Of a stretch of DNA of 64,000 nt, positions 1 to 9,734 are shown piece by piece; position 1 is the first letter of the stretch; each line of letters begins with the position of its first letter. Location: the NCBI GenBank assembly GCA_964511665.1, contig CAZEHA010000006.1, positions 17,182-81,181 of the forward strand, read 5' to 3'. Source of the DNA: an uncultured Bacteroidales bacterium. Its GTDB lineage: Bacteria > Bacteroidota > Bacteroidia > Bacteroidales > ML635J-15. The notes under the pieces were generated by a model. It did no database searches, was not told the origin of the DNA, and saw only the letters and a list, made by a program, of their open reading frames with translations. The translations under genes were made by a program, and so were the position numbers.

Positions 1-614
1 GTGGTTTGTTGCTACAGGTGCGCGATACCATTTTTAATTTCTTGCACAAAACCGAAAACAGGCTGGCCTCTGATGCTGAACTCGATGGTATTTATGAATA
101 TGCCACAGCTACTTTAGGCTTAGATATTGCCGAAATACCTGACAATGCTATGGAGGCCACCCGGCTGTTTCGCAAAATACTGAACAGACCCATACGGGTA
201 TGCGGAATGGTGAAGAATACGGGAGAACCCGGTGGCGGCCCGTTTTGGGTTCGAAATAATATCGGACAGATTAGCCTGCAAATAGTAGAAAAAGCTCAGG
301 TTGACATGAACAATGATGCTCAGGCACAAATATTCTCTCAGTCAACGCATTTCAATCCGGTTGATTTGGCTTGCATAACGAGAAACTATAAGGGCGAGAA
401 ATTCAATCTGATCGATTTTCGCGACAACAATACATGCTTTGTGGCTCAAAAAACACACATGGGCAAGCCATTGTCGGCACTCGAGTTACCCGGTTTATGG
501 AATGGAGCCATGGCACATTGGATAACTTTGTTTGCCGAGGTACCCGTTGAAACATTTAATCCTGTGAAGGAAATAAACGACTTGCTTCGCAGCGGACATC
601 AACCCAAACAATAA
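1..614 (+). CDS. DUF4301-like protein, C-terminal part (5' end outside the window)
   Basis: The frame is open from base 1 (the TTG at 6 is only the ORF-caller start) to the stop at 612-614. Motifs such as NTGEPGGGPFW are recalled from the Bacteroidota DUF4301 family. The next gene starts 10 nt downstream. Confidence 0.6.
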   Translation, partial: GLLLQVRDTIFNFLHKTENRLASDAELDGIYEYATATLGLDIAEIPDNAMEATRLFRKILNRPIRVCGMVKNTGEPGGGPFWVRNNIGQISLQIVEKAQVDMNNDAQAQIFSQSTHFNPVDLACITRNYKGEKFNLIDFRDNNTCFVAQKTHMGKPLSALELPGLWNGAMAHWITLFAEVPVETFNPVKEINDLLRSGHQPKQ

Positions 615-624
615 GCGTAGAAAG

Positions 625-1920
625 ATGAAAAATAATAAAAGAAAAATACCGCTTTTTGTTTGGATTTTAACGGGCTTATTGCTTGGTGTTGCCTGTGGAT
701 TGGTTCTTGTGCATTTTGGGCTGCATCACTTTAGCACCGATTATATCAAACCCTGGGGTACCATTTTTATTAAACTGCTGAAACTGATTGCCATTCCGCT
801 GATTCTCTTTTCTCTTATTAAAGGTGTTTCCGATCTGAAAGATGTAAGTCGGCTTACCGGAATGGGGCTCAAAACCATAGGTATATATCTGCTCACAACC
901 ATGTTTGCTATATGTCTCGGCCTGGTTTTGGTCAATCTAATACAGCCGGGCAAAAGTTTCAGTAGTAGTAGTGCTATTGCTCTACAACAGCAGTATGCCG
1001 ACAATGTAGCCGAGAAACAGCATTTGGCCGATAAAACTGCCGATAGTGGTCCGTTGCAGTTTGTGGTTGATATCGTTCCCGATAATTTTGGAGCAGCCAT
1101 TTCCGATAATTCGATGATGCTTCAGGTGATTTTCTTAGCATTGTTGATAGGAATTGCCATGGTGCTGTTACCCGACGAAAAAACAAAACCGCTTAAAAAC
1201 GTGATTGATTCCATGAATGATGTAATTCTCAAAATAATCGACATCATAATGAAAACAGCTCCTGTTGGCGTTTTTGCACTTATGGCTTCGGTTATTACCG
1301 ATTTGGCAGGCAATTCGGTATCGGAATCTGCCGGTTTGTTTTCGTCGCTGCTCATGTATTTCATGGTGGTGCTTATCGGTTTGTTTTTGTTGCTGATGTT
1401 GTATCCGTTTCTTGCCCGTGTTTTCACCGGAATTGGTTTTTTTCGGTTTGTGAAAGGGGTTTTTCCCGCCCAATTGCTGGCTTTCAGTACAAGCAGTTCT
1501 GCGGCTACCTTACCGGCTACTAAAAAATGTGTCGAAGAAAATCTGGGAGTAGACGATGAGGTAAGCAGTTTTGTGTTGCCGCTGGGCGCTACATTAAATA
1601 TGGACGGAACAGCTCTATATCAGGCCGTAGCTGCTGTGTTTATTGCACAGGTCTATGGCATTGAACTTACTCTGATGGCTCAGCTTAGCATTGTGTTAAC
1701 GGCAACCTTGGCCTCGATAGGTGCAGCAGCAGTGCCGGGTGCCGGAATTATTATTCTTGCCATAATCCTCAATTCAATACATGTACCGGTCGAAGGAATC
1801 GCTTTGATTTTTGCGGTTGACCGACCACTCGATATGATACGAACCACAGTAAATATAACCGGCGACAGTTTCATCGCAAAACTCATGGCAAAGTACTACG
1901 GAAATCGCAATAAAGCATAA
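625..1920 (+). CDS. dicarboxylate/amino acid:cation symporter (DAACS, GltP-like)
   Basis: 431 aa and multi-TM, with the family motifs SSSAATLP, NMDGTALYQ and VDRPLDMIRT. ATG start. Confidence 0.9.
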   Translation: MKNNKRKIPLFVWILTGLLLGVACGLVLVHFGLHHFSTDYIKPWGTIFIKLLKLIAIPLILFSLIKGVSDLKDVSRLTGMGLKTIGIYLLTTMFAICLGLVLVNLIQPGKSFSSSSAIALQQQYADNVAEKQHLADKTADSGPLQFVVDIVPDNFGAAISDNSMMLQVIFLALLIGIAMVLLPDEKTKPLKNVIDSMNDVILKIIDIIMKTAPVGVFALMASVITDLAGNSVSESAGLFSSLLMYFMVVLIGLFLLLMLYPFLARVFTGIGFFRFVKGVFPAQLLAFSTSSSAATLPATKKCVEENLGVDDEVSSFVLPLGATLNMDGTALYQAVAAVFIAQVYGIELTLMAQLSIVLTATLASIGAAAVPGAGIIILAIILNSIHVPVEGIALIFAVDRPLDMIRTTVNITGDSFIAKLMAKYYGNRNKA

Positions 1921-1998
1921 GGGGGTCGCATTTTTATTGAGAACATTTCTTGCATTTATTGATGAAATAATCTAACATTGCACTATTGATGTCAAACT

Positions 1999-2265
1999 AT
2001 GCCACTGAAACAGGTAGTGCGATTGGCGGTGTATTCGAAAACCGAATACAATTATCTGCTCGAAGTTCTCGACGATGCTACTGATATTCCTGCATGCTTC
2101 GAGCAATGGCTCGAATTGCACAAGGCCGAAAAACAGGCTATCTACAATAGGTCGTGCAAGATTAAGGAAATAAAAATTGATGTTGATGAATTGATTGAAT
2201 ACTGTGAACTTCGTAAATTGAAAATTGATGCAAAAGCGATAATTCAATTTGTGAAGAATTATTAA
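1999..2265 (+). CDS. hypothetical small protein (88 aa)
   Basis: It is the only sense ORF filling the gap between two + strand genes, and its composition is not low-complexity. No family recognised. Confidence 0.45.
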   Translation: MPLKQVVRLAVYSKTEYNYLLEVLDDATDIPACFEQWLELHKAEKQAIYNRSCKIKEIKIDVDELIEYCELRKLKIDAKAIIQFVKNY

Positions 2266-2307
2266 GAAGAACAAATATTGAGAACTAATAACTAAATAAT
2301 CTGAAAA

Positions 2308-2844
2308 ATGAAAAACTGTAAAAACCTTATTTTTCTGCTGTTTGCAGTTTCTATGCTTATGGCTTGTGGCGGTAATTCCAACAGCAATAAATCGGATGTT
2401 GCAATGGAAAAAATCGATTTGAGTGAATATAAAATACCTCTTGTTATCGATGCGCCCGAAGGTGCTGTGGTAAAGGAATCGATTGCCATGACGATGTTTT
2501 CGGGATTCGGACTTTTGGCATACGAAATTAAAAAAGACAATTTTATCATCGAAGTTTCGATGCTTGAGAACGACTCCACCCAACTTGTAGCAACATTGGT
2601 AGAACGGGAGAAAGAAAATACAAAATCAAACGAAAATTTCGATTCTTTTGTTTCGGAAGACGTTAACGGGTTTATTTATAAAACCGTAAGCGATGGCAAC
2701 GATGACTATAATTTCTATTATGCCAAACCCGTAGGCACACATATTGTAGAATTTAGGAATGGCTTTCGTTTATCGTATTTCACCCTCGATGAAGTGAAAT
2801 TACATTACGAATCGGCGAAGAAAGCAAGCGAAAAGACCCTGTAA
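2308..2844 (+). CDS. hypothetical lipoprotein
   Basis: The N-terminus MKNCKNLIFLLFAVSMLMACGG has a signal peptide plus a lipobox Cys. No family recognised. Confidence 0.7.
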   Translation: MKNCKNLIFLLFAVSMLMACGGNSNSNKSDVAMEKIDLSEYKIPLVIDAPEGAVVKESIAMTMFSGFGLLAYEIKKDNFIIEVSMLENDSTQLVATLVEREKENTKSNENFDSFVSEDVNGFIYKTVSDGNDDYNFYYAKPVGTHIVEFRNGFRLSYFTLDEVKLHYESAKKASEKTL

Positions 2845-2917
2845 TGGTATATAAACCAATTACTTACCTTTTTCGAAATATCTAAAGCGGTAAGCATTTG
2901 AATGAGTTACCCTAATT

Positions 2918-2944
2918 GAAAATTGCATGTCAACTGCAAATTTT
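2918..2944. terminator. candidate bidirectional hairpin between convergent genes
   Basis: aaaattgca-tgtcaac-tgcaaatttt is an imperfect stem flanked by A and T runs. It lies between the lipoprotein stop (2844) and the mscL stop (2955). Confidence 0.35.
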
Positions 2945-2954
2945 GAACACCATA

Positions 2955-3353
2955 TTATTTCTTCAACAAATCTCTGATTTCGGTGAGCAGTTTTTGTTCC
3001 GCACTGGGTTCGGGAGGAGGAGCAGGGGCTGCTTCTTGTTTTCTTTTTGCTTTATTCATGAATCGTATCATCATAAATATTACAAAGGCAATAATGAGAA
3101 AATCGATTACAACCTGAATAAAGTTACCGTAATTCAGTGTTACAGCCGGCACATCGCCTACAGCCTCCTTAATCACAATACTCAGGTCTTTAAAATCGAC
3201 GCCACCCAGCAGATAGCCTATTGGGGGCATTAAAATATCGTTTACCATCGACGACACAATTTTGCCAAATGCGGCGCCAATTATGATACCCACCGCCATG
3301 TCGATTACATTGCCACGCATGGCAAAAGCTTTGAATTCTTTTACTATTCCCAT
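2955..3353 (-). CDS. mscL: large-conductance mechanosensitive channel MscL
   Basis: 132 aa. The N-terminus [29 protein letters not shown] and the overall layout are the classic MscL signature. Confidence 0.93.
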   Translation of the reverse strand: MGIVKEFKAFAMRGNVIDMAVGIIIGAAFGKIVSSMVNDILMPPIGYLLGGVDFKDLSIVIKEAVGDVPAVTLNYGNFIQVVIDFLIIAFVIFMMIRFMNKAKRKQEAAPAPPPEPSAEQKLLTEIRDLLKK

Positions 3354-3372
3354 GTTTTTAAATTTGTATTAA

Positions 3373-4350
3373 TTAAAACTTGTACGAAAAGCCTATTCCC
3401 AAAATTTCTTTGAATTGAGCTCGTGGTCCACCCGGTCCATCGGCTGCATCAATCACGCCATCGTTGTTCCGGTCAACCTTAATGATAATGTCGTCGTCGT
3501 ATATCAATTGGGTTGTTATGGTAGCTGCAATATATTTGTTTATCTTGAAACTGAAAATGTTTTCCCAGTTTACGTCGATATTTTGTGGGTTGTTCAGGTA
3601 ATTAGAGAACAAGTCTAATTTACTTAGCACCGAAACACTTTTGTCTTTAAAGAAAGTTTGCTTGTAAACAATTTTCAGGTAGCCTCCAAATTCACTTCGC
3701 ATTTTTTGCCCCGGTGTTACCATCACAGCTCCATCGAAAACAGCGGGAGTTACTCCAAACGAACCTACATTAGCCAGGTCGTTGTCGAGCACAAAAGTGG
3801 TTTTTGAGGTGAACGGTGCAATAAACGCAGTGAGAATGGGAGAGGGCTTAAAGTCCATACCAATGGCTCCAATAAGATAAGCCGGTGCCATAAGCTTCGA
3901 TATTGCCACAGTTTCGTCAGGGTAGTTGTAGCCGTTAGTCATTTGTGTTCTAAAATTCAGTATAGCAGCATAATACCATTGCTCCGAAGCTTTTTGGCCA
4001 TATTTCGACGATAAATCTATTTTGTCGTCTGTCTTAATAAAACTGCTGTTTTTACCCTGTCGTAAAAGGCCGTAACCAATATCCAGCATATTATCCCAGC
4101 TTGAGTTCTTCTTGTGATAGTTGGCAAAAACACTTACCAGACCGTTTACCCCCAGCGAGTTTTGCCCCCCTGCAGCCCAATTCACAAACGACGACTGCGA
4201 CAAATTAAGCGTAATTACACCTCCTGTCTTCCATCCTTCAGCACTATCGATGGTAACAGTTCTTAACTTTTTTTCACCATCGGTAACCTGAGACAACACA
4301 ACACCATGTAATGCAAGCATGGCAACGAATAAGTAAAATAATTTCTTCAT
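3373..4350 (-). CDS. DUF3078-type outer-membrane beta-barrel protein
   Basis: It has a signal peptide, the motif WKTGGVITLNLSQSSFVNWAAGGQNS, and a C-terminal aromatic residue (..SYKF). It ends 19 nt upstream of mscL on the same strand. Confidence 0.8.
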   Translation of the reverse strand: MKKLFYLFVAMLALHGVVLSQVTDGEKKLRTVTIDSAEGWKTGGVITLNLSQSSFVNWAAGGQNSLGVNGLVSVFANYHKKNSSWDNMLDIGYGLLRQGKNSSFIKTDDKIDLSSKYGQKASEQWYYAAILNFRTQMTNGYNYPDETVAISKLMAPAYLIGAIGMDFKPSPILTAFIAPFTSKTTFVLDNDLANVGSFGVTPAVFDGAVMVTPGQKMRSEFGGYLKIVYKQTFFKDKSVSVLSKLDLFSNYLNNPQNIDVNWENIFSFKINKYIAATITTQLIYDDDIIIKVDRNNDGVIDAADGPGGPRAQFKEILGIGFSYKF

Positions 4351-4463
4351 GCTCTTTTCAATTTTATAGTTAGAATATTAGTTTAATACTAACAAAATTA
4401 ACAAACAAAGAGGATTCTTGTTCAAATTTTACCGATACACTTATTTTTCCTATGAATCAGGGT

Positions 4464-4766
4464 CTAAATTGCACGTATTTTAACTCCACAATTCGGACAA
4501 AACTTACCCACATCCCGCCCCATCCATTTCTTACAGGCAGGGCATTTTAAAACGCTTACTAATCGTGGGAGTGCCAGCGCAGCTAAAAAGGTACATGCCA
4601 ACAGATAAAATAATATCCCTGTGCTGCCCGGAGTGAAAATTATGTAGAATGCAGGTAGCCCAAGCAGTAATAACACCAATACCATCAAAAAAATGATAGC
4701 AGGAATTTTCACACGCTTTAATTGGTGTTTATATATTTCGGTGTAATCGGCAACTTGCTGTTCCAT
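4464..4766 (-). CDS. small membrane protein with C-terminal zinc ribbon (CPAC...CPNC)
   Basis: The start is trimmed to Met52 of the 4464-4919 ORF because upstream codons overlap the tRNA. It has two hydrophobic helices followed by a CxxC-x12-CxxC motif. Confidence 0.6.
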   Translation of the reverse strand: MEQQVADYTEIYKHQLKRVKIPAIIFLMVLVLLLLGLPAFYIIFTPGSTGILFYLLACTFLAALALPRLVSVLKCPACKKWMGRDVGKFCPNCGVKIRAI

Positions 4767-4837
4767 AATTATATGCTGTGTGATTTTTGTTGTAACACAA
4801 ATTCGCCTTACGCGAAAAAACATGGCTCTAAAAACAG

Positions 4838-4910
4838 TCGGGGTGAGAAGACTCGAACTTCCGGCCTCTACGTCCCGAACGTAGCGCGCTACCAACTGCG
4901 CCACACCCCG
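4838..4910 (-). tRNA. tRNA-Pro (anticodon CGG)
   Basis: The reverse complement folds by hand into a cloverleaf. Acceptor CGGGGTG/CACCCCG+A, D stem GCGC/GCGC, anticodon stem CTACG/CGTAG with loop TTCGGGA, and T arm GGAAG-TTCGAGT-CTTCT. No encoded CCA. Confidence 0.93.
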
Positions 4911-5250
4911 ATAGTGCAAGGTAAATAAGCAATCCGACTTGTTATTGTCGCCGGAAAATTCCTATTCAACATATAAATATAACATGACAAAGAACATCGA
5001 AAAAAGATGTGCAAAAATAGCATTTTTACTTTCAGGTGCATCAATTCGTGAAATATTTTTATTTAATACCCTATGTGCCTTTGGAATAATCTGCTGACTT
5101 GCAAATAGCCATTATTATAAAAGACTTGGGTCAATGTTTTTTAATAGATGTAATGGTTTGCAAGCACTTTGCTCGCTGTGTAATAAACAAATCTAATAAT
5201 TCATATGTTTACACTAATATTACAGAATACTTACGCATCAACGAGGTTTT

Positions 5251-6159
5251 ATGAAGATATTGGTAACAGGGGCAACAGGAAATACAGCACAAAAACTAAT
5301 TGCACAATTATCAACCGATGCATTGCATAGCATTGTTGCTGTGAGCAGGACTCAAATTGCCGGTAGCCATGTAATCGGGCTTACATGGCAGGATATCGAT
5401 AATGGTAACATCGAAGGGCTGAAGAATATCGATGTGGTGATACATCTCGCCGGACAAAGCATTGCCTCGGTATCATGGAATAGACGAGGACGTAACACCA
5501 TTGTAGAATCGCGAGTAAACACAGCCCAAAAGTTGTTCAATGCTTTTCAATCGCTAAAAGCATTTCCACCGTTGTATATCAGCGCATCAGCAGTAGGTTA
5601 TTATGGCATTTCTACCGATTCAGCCCATGTTGACGAAAGCCACCCCGCCGGTAGCGACTTTCTGGCCGGGGTATGTGTGCAATGGGAGCAGGTGGCTGAT
5701 GCATTCAAAGCACAGGGCAGCAGAGTTGTGATAATGCGTCTTGGAACAATTTTGTCGCATGATGCAGGCATATTTAGCGTATTCCATAAGTTATCGAAAT
5801 TTCGAATGCTTGCCGTAATGGGATCGGGGAAACAGTATTTGCCTTGGATTCACGAATCTGACGTGTTGGCTTTTCTTAATCGAGCCTTGGTTAATCAATC
5901 ATTTACAGGAACTTATAATTTGGTTTCTCCGCATTTGATTACGCAACACGATTTTATTCGTACCCTTTTACGCTTGACGAATCGAAAAAGCTTTATGCCC
6001 CGAATACCACAGGCATTGCTTCGCCTGTTTCTGGGCGAAAAAAGCATAATTATTACACATGGTCTTCCGGTAGTGCCCTGTGCACTGATAGAATCGGGCA
6101 GCGAATTTTTGTTCCCCGAAATCAAAGCAGCTATGGCTTCGCTGTTGTACCAGAATTGA
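5251..6159 (+). CDS. TIGR01777/YfcH-type epimerase-family SDR (with DUF1731-like C-terminus)
   Basis: The MKILVTGATGN Rossmann start and the length and layout are typical of the family. Confidence 0.8.
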   Translation: MKILVTGATGNTAQKLIAQLSTDALHSIVAVSRTQIAGSHVIGLTWQDIDNGNIEGLKNIDVVIHLAGQSIASVSWNRRGRNTIVESRVNTAQKLFNAFQSLKAFPPLYISASAVGYYGISTDSAHVDESHPAGSDFLAGVCVQWEQVADAFKAQGSRVVIMRLGTILSHDAGIFSVFHKLSKFRMLAVMGSGKQYLPWIHESDVLAFLNRALVNQSFTGTYNLVSPHLITQHDFIRTLLRLTNRKSFMPRIPQALLRLFLGEKSIIITHGLPVVPCALIESGSEFLFPEIKAAMASLLYQN

Positions 6160-6259
6160 TTCTTTTTTTTTGTTGAAAAACAAAATTCAGATGATGTAGT
6201 TTTAGTGCATATTTTTTTTAATTTTAGGGTCGGTAAATAAATTTATCCGAACCTGTTGT

Positions 6260-8911
6260 ATGTTGAAGAAACAACATTTATTGCCGCAAAGCGAACCTAC
6301 GGAATCAACAGAATTTGATACCACCCTAAGGGCATTGATATTAGCCAATGCCGACATTGCATTTGTAATCGATAGAAATGGGCAGTTTATAGAATGCTAT
6401 AGCGAAAAGCCCAAAATGCTATATGTACCGGTTGAGCAACTGTTAGGTAAAAGCATATCTCTTTTACTTCCTGATTATGTATCGCAGTTAACTTTCGATA
6501 AACTAAAAAAAGTTTTCGAAACCGGTGATACAGAGTCGTATGTTTATTATTTAGGCGATCAGCCCTATCGTTCTACCATAGTTAAAATAGATGAAGAAAG
6601 AGCCATTGCACTGATTAAGAACATAGAGGAAGAAACAACGTTGCGGCAAGACCTCGAAAAAACCCGCCGCAATTACCGGCAAATGGTTGAAATGATGCCT
6701 CTTGGAGTGATGATTTGCAGACCTGTTTACGATAGCCAAGGAGTGTGTATCGACCTTGAAGTTTTGTCGGTAAACTCAGGATATAGAACCATAGCCGGAG
6801 AAACCGAAATTACCGGAAAGTTTTTGTGTAATGTTTTTTCGTTGTCGGAAACTGCCTGGCTCAACGACTGCCTTACGTCGGTAAACACCGGAAAAACCGT
6901 AATACAAGAAAATTACGATCCGTGGATGGATAAATGGTTGTTTCTGACGGCATATCCTATGGGTCCCGATGAATTTATTATGATTCTCACCGACCTGGGA
7001 AAAACGTCAGAGCAGCGCTATCTCATCCGCAAGAACGAAGAGCGGCATAGTTTTGCTTTAAAAAACTCACATACATTTGTGTGGGAATGGACCCCTGAGT
7101 TACAACTGAACTATGTTTCGGAAAGCGTTACCAGTATTTTGGGTTACAAACGCCGCGAGATACCCAGAAATATCGATATTATTGCTTCTTTTTGCCACCC
7201 CGACGACATATGCAAATTGACTGAGATACAGCAAAAGTTTACCAAGGCTGAAATCAATTCGTTTTCGGTGCAGTTTCGCCTGAAAAACAAAGCCGGCAAA
7301 TATGTGTGGTTCGATGTTCAAGGAAAAGTAGCCGCCTATGATGCGGGCATGCGTCCCAAAAGAGTCATTGGAAGCTGCATCGATATCGATAGAATTAAGA
7401 ATAATGAGCAGGCTCTGGCCGAGCGCGAAGCACTGCTTCGTTCTGTATTCGATAAATCACCTATTGGAATTTGTTTGTTCAATAGCTCGGGCGAAATTGT
7501 TGCTGCCAATGCTGCTGCCTACCATTGCATTGGTGTGTCGCATGATAGTAAACTCGAAGGTATAAACCTGTTCGATAACCGTTTGCTCGATGACAACCGC
7601 ATTGGCTTGTTGAAAAATTTTTCAGACCTCGATTTTTCGGAATGGACGCGAAACGAAGATTTTATTCCGCTCGGATTAAAAGTGGAACAGCCTCGTAAAA
7701 TGTTTCTCCGCTACCAGTTTACACCGCTTATAATTAATGTCGATTGCCCCGAAATGAACAGGATACTGTTGCAAATTACCGATCATACCCTCGAAAAAGA
7801 ACAGGAGAGATCGATGCTGTTGTCGAAGAAGTATCACGAAAATGCTATGGAGATTTCGAAATTGGCATTTTGGAGCTACTTCTACGAAGAAAAGGAGTTT
7901 AACCGGTCGGCGGAATTTTTGCGATTGTTTGGCTTAGATAAAGATTTGTCGAGGAGTTTTGTCGAGAGTATTCTTTCTGTTATCGACAGCGACGACGACA
8001 TGCAAAAAATAATTCAATATGTTGATATAATCAGGCAGGGAAAAGCCGATGAGCTTGATGAAATTGAAGTAAAAGTAAAATCTCATAACGAGTACAGATA
8101 TCTGTTTGCAAAGTCAACACCGGTTTTTGCGGCATCCGGCGATTTGTTGGGTGTGTTTGGCGTTATTCAAGATATTACCGGTAGAAAACAACTCGAAATG
8201 GAACTGATTGAAGCAAAAAACAAAGCTGAAGAAAGCGACAGGCTAAAAACGGCTTTTTTGGCAAACATGAGTCACGAAATAAGAACACCCTTAAATTCTA
8301 TTGTTGGCTTCTCGGGCTTGCTGGCTAACGATGTGTTCGATCAGGAAAAAAGAACTGAATTTGTGAAACGCATCGAGTTTAATTGCAACCATTTGCTAAA
8401 TCTAATCACAGATATTATCGATTTTGCGAAAATTGAATCGGGCACTATTGTTTTGTCATGCGAAGAAGTGCTTTTGAAAGAATTGCTAATGAGTGTGGCA
8501 GAAGCCAATAAACTGAATTGTCGCGAAACAGTATTGTTTAGAAGCGATTTTTCGGCAATTCCCGAGAACTGCATTATCGAAACCGATCAGGTGAAATTAA
8601 TACAAATACTAACCAATATTTTGAACAATGCGTTTAAGTTTACCGAGAAGGGAAGTGTTGTGTTTTCCGGAGATATCGCTGATGGTATGCTGAAAATTGA
8701 AGTACGCGATACCGGTATTGGTATTTCGGAAATCGACTTGAAACACATTTTCGAAAGATTCTTCCAGTCGAATCACATGAAAACAGGAACCGGACTGGGT
8801 CTGGCTATTTGTAAGTCGTTGGTAATAGCCATGGGAGGAAATATAGGTGTTCAGTCGGAGCTAGGTAAAGGAAGTGTGTTTCATGTATTGTTACCCATAA
8901 AAAAACAATAA
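6260..8911 (+). CDS. cytoplasmic multi-PAS sensor histidine kinase
   Basis: 883 aa with no TM segment and several PAS/PAC-like blocks. HisKA H-box is FLANMSHEIRTPLNSI; HATPase_c motifs are NAFKFT, DTGIGI and GTGLGLAI. Confidence 0.9.
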   Translation: MLKKQHLLPQSEPTESTEFDTTLRALILANADIAFVIDRNGQFIECYSEKPKMLYVPVEQLLGKSISLLLPDYVSQLTFDKLKKVFETGDTESYVYYLGDQPYRSTIVKIDEERAIALIKNIEEETTLRQDLEKTRRNYRQMVEMMPLGVMICRPVYDSQGVCIDLEVLSVNSGYRTIAGETEITGKFLCNVFSLSETAWLNDCLTSVNTGKTVIQENYDPWMDKWLFLTAYPMGPDEFIMILTDLGKTSEQRYLIRKNEERHSFALKNSHTFVWEWTPELQLNYVSESVTSILGYKRREIPRNIDIIASFCHPDDICKLTEIQQKFTKAEINSFSVQFRLKNKAGKYVWFDVQGKVAAYDAGMRPKRVIGSCIDIDRIKNNEQALAEREALLRSVFDKSPIGICLFNSSGEIVAANAAAYHCIGVSHDSKLEGINLFDNRLLDDNRIGLLKNFSDLDFSEWTRNEDFIPLGLKVEQPRKMFLRYQFTPLIINVDCPEMNRILLQITDHTLEKEQERSMLLSKKYHENAMEISKLAFWSYFYEEKEFNRSAEFLRLFGLDKDLSRSFVESILSVIDSDDDMQKIIQYVDIIRQGKADELDEIEVKVKSHNEYRYLFAKSTPVFAASGDLLGVFGVIQDITGRKQLEMELIEAKNKAEESDRLKTAFLANMSHEIRTPLNSIVGFSGLLANDVFDQEKRTEFVKRIEFNCNHLLNLITDIIDFAKIESGTIVLSCEEVLLKELLMSVAEANKLNCRETVLFRSDFSAIPENCIIETDQVKLIQILTNILNNAFKFTEKGSVVFSGDIADGMLKIEVRDTGIGISEIDLKHIFERFFQSNHMKTGTGLGLAICKSLVIAMGGNIGVQSELGKGSVFHVLLPIKKQ

Positions 8912-9672
8912 TGCTTCGTCATATATGTATTGCCATTTTTACTCTTATTGCAATTTCATTGCATGCACAGCATTATAACAAGGTTCTGGTGATAAGCGAC
9001 ATCGACGATACCTATAAAGTTACCAATACTACCAAGCAATGTGCAGCTTTCTACAATGCAATGTTTTCTCGCAAAATTTTCGCCGCAATGGATTATTTAT
9101 ATTCATGTATGAATAATGATTCACTTCCCATTTTCTATGTTTCCAACTCACCTAAAATCATACAAAACAGAATTAACAAACTTATTCGAAAGCATCATCA
9201 GGGCGACAGTAAACTCTATTTGCGTAAGCTGTGTGACGATGGTTTTCAGCACAAAATGAATACTGTGCAATCGATAATTAATTCTTATCCCGATTATAGT
9301 GTAATTCTTATTGGCGACAATAGTGAAAACGATGCCGTTATTTATGACAGTATTTGTGTTTTGTTTCCCGATAGAATAGCTGCTGTATATATTCGCCCTG
9401 TGAAGAATAAGCCATTTGGACAATCATCAAAAATATACTTTTCGGCTGTCGATATCGCATTTTTCGAATGCGAGAGTGGACGTATTACTCCCGAGCAGTT
9501 TGAGCACGTGTATAACATGGTTCTCGAAGCCGATTTCAATACTGTTTTTCCCAAATATTTGTTTTTCGACGAAAGATTAATAAGTTCTCAGGAGGCAGGG
9601 TGTTTTAAACAGGCTTGTCATCTGAAGAATAAAGTCTTAGAATATTTGCTCGACAAAAGAAGCCGAAACTGA
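8911..9672 (+). CDS. App1-family (DUF2183) phosphatidate-phosphatase-like protein
   Basis: Signal/anchor N-terminus plus the HAD-like motifs ISDIDDTYKV and IGDNSENDAVIYD. The start overlaps the kinase stop (TAATG). Confidence 0.7.
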   Translation: MLRHICIAIFTLIAISLHAQHYNKVLVISDIDDTYKVTNTTKQCAAFYNAMFSRKIFAAMDYLYSCMNNDSLPIFYVSNSPKIIQNRINKLIRKHHQGDSKLYLRKLCDDGFQHKMNTVQSIINSYPDYSVILIGDNSENDAVIYDSICVLFPDRIAAVYIRPVKNKPFGQSSKIYFSAVDIAFFECESGRITPEQFEHVYNMVLEADFNTVFPKYLFFDERLISSQEAGCFKQACHLKNKVLEYLLDKRSRN

Positions 9673-9734
9673 GGCATGCATTTTGAATTACACTTATTTT
9701 TTGTAGTTTTGAACGTTTTTATTGATTGCCGATT

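Noticed and set aside
1995-2010. GCCACTG string resembling the B12-box core of a cobalamin riboswitch
   Set aside because: It is an isolated 7-mer at the start codon of the 88-aa ORF. None of the surrounding conserved riboswitch helices are present.
1972-2583. 203-aa minus-strand ORF
   Set aside because: It is antisense to two better-supported + strand genes (1999-2265 and 2308-2844). Its composition is rich in F, I, N and K, typical of shadow frames in AT-rich DNA. It has no recognisable motifs.
4767-4919. N-terminal 51 codons of the 4464-4919 minus-strand ORF
   Set aside because: These codons run straight through the tRNA-Pro gene (4838-4910) on the same strand. The translated stretch (..GVAQLVARYVRDVEAGSSSLL..) is just the tRNA read as protein. 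The CDS was trimmed to the ATG at 4766.
4984-5097. 37-codon ORF (MTKNIEKRCAKIAFLLSGASIREIFLFNTLCAFGIIC) in the 331-bp spacer between tRNA-Pro and the SDR gene
   Set aside because: It is too short to support without conservation or expression data, and it has no promoter or RBS signal. It could be chance in AT-rich DNA.
6163-6190. Hairpin ttttgtt-gaaa-aacaaaa after the SDR gene as a terminator
   Set aside because: The stem is almost entirely A-T and too weak to call confidently, so it is not listed as a feature.
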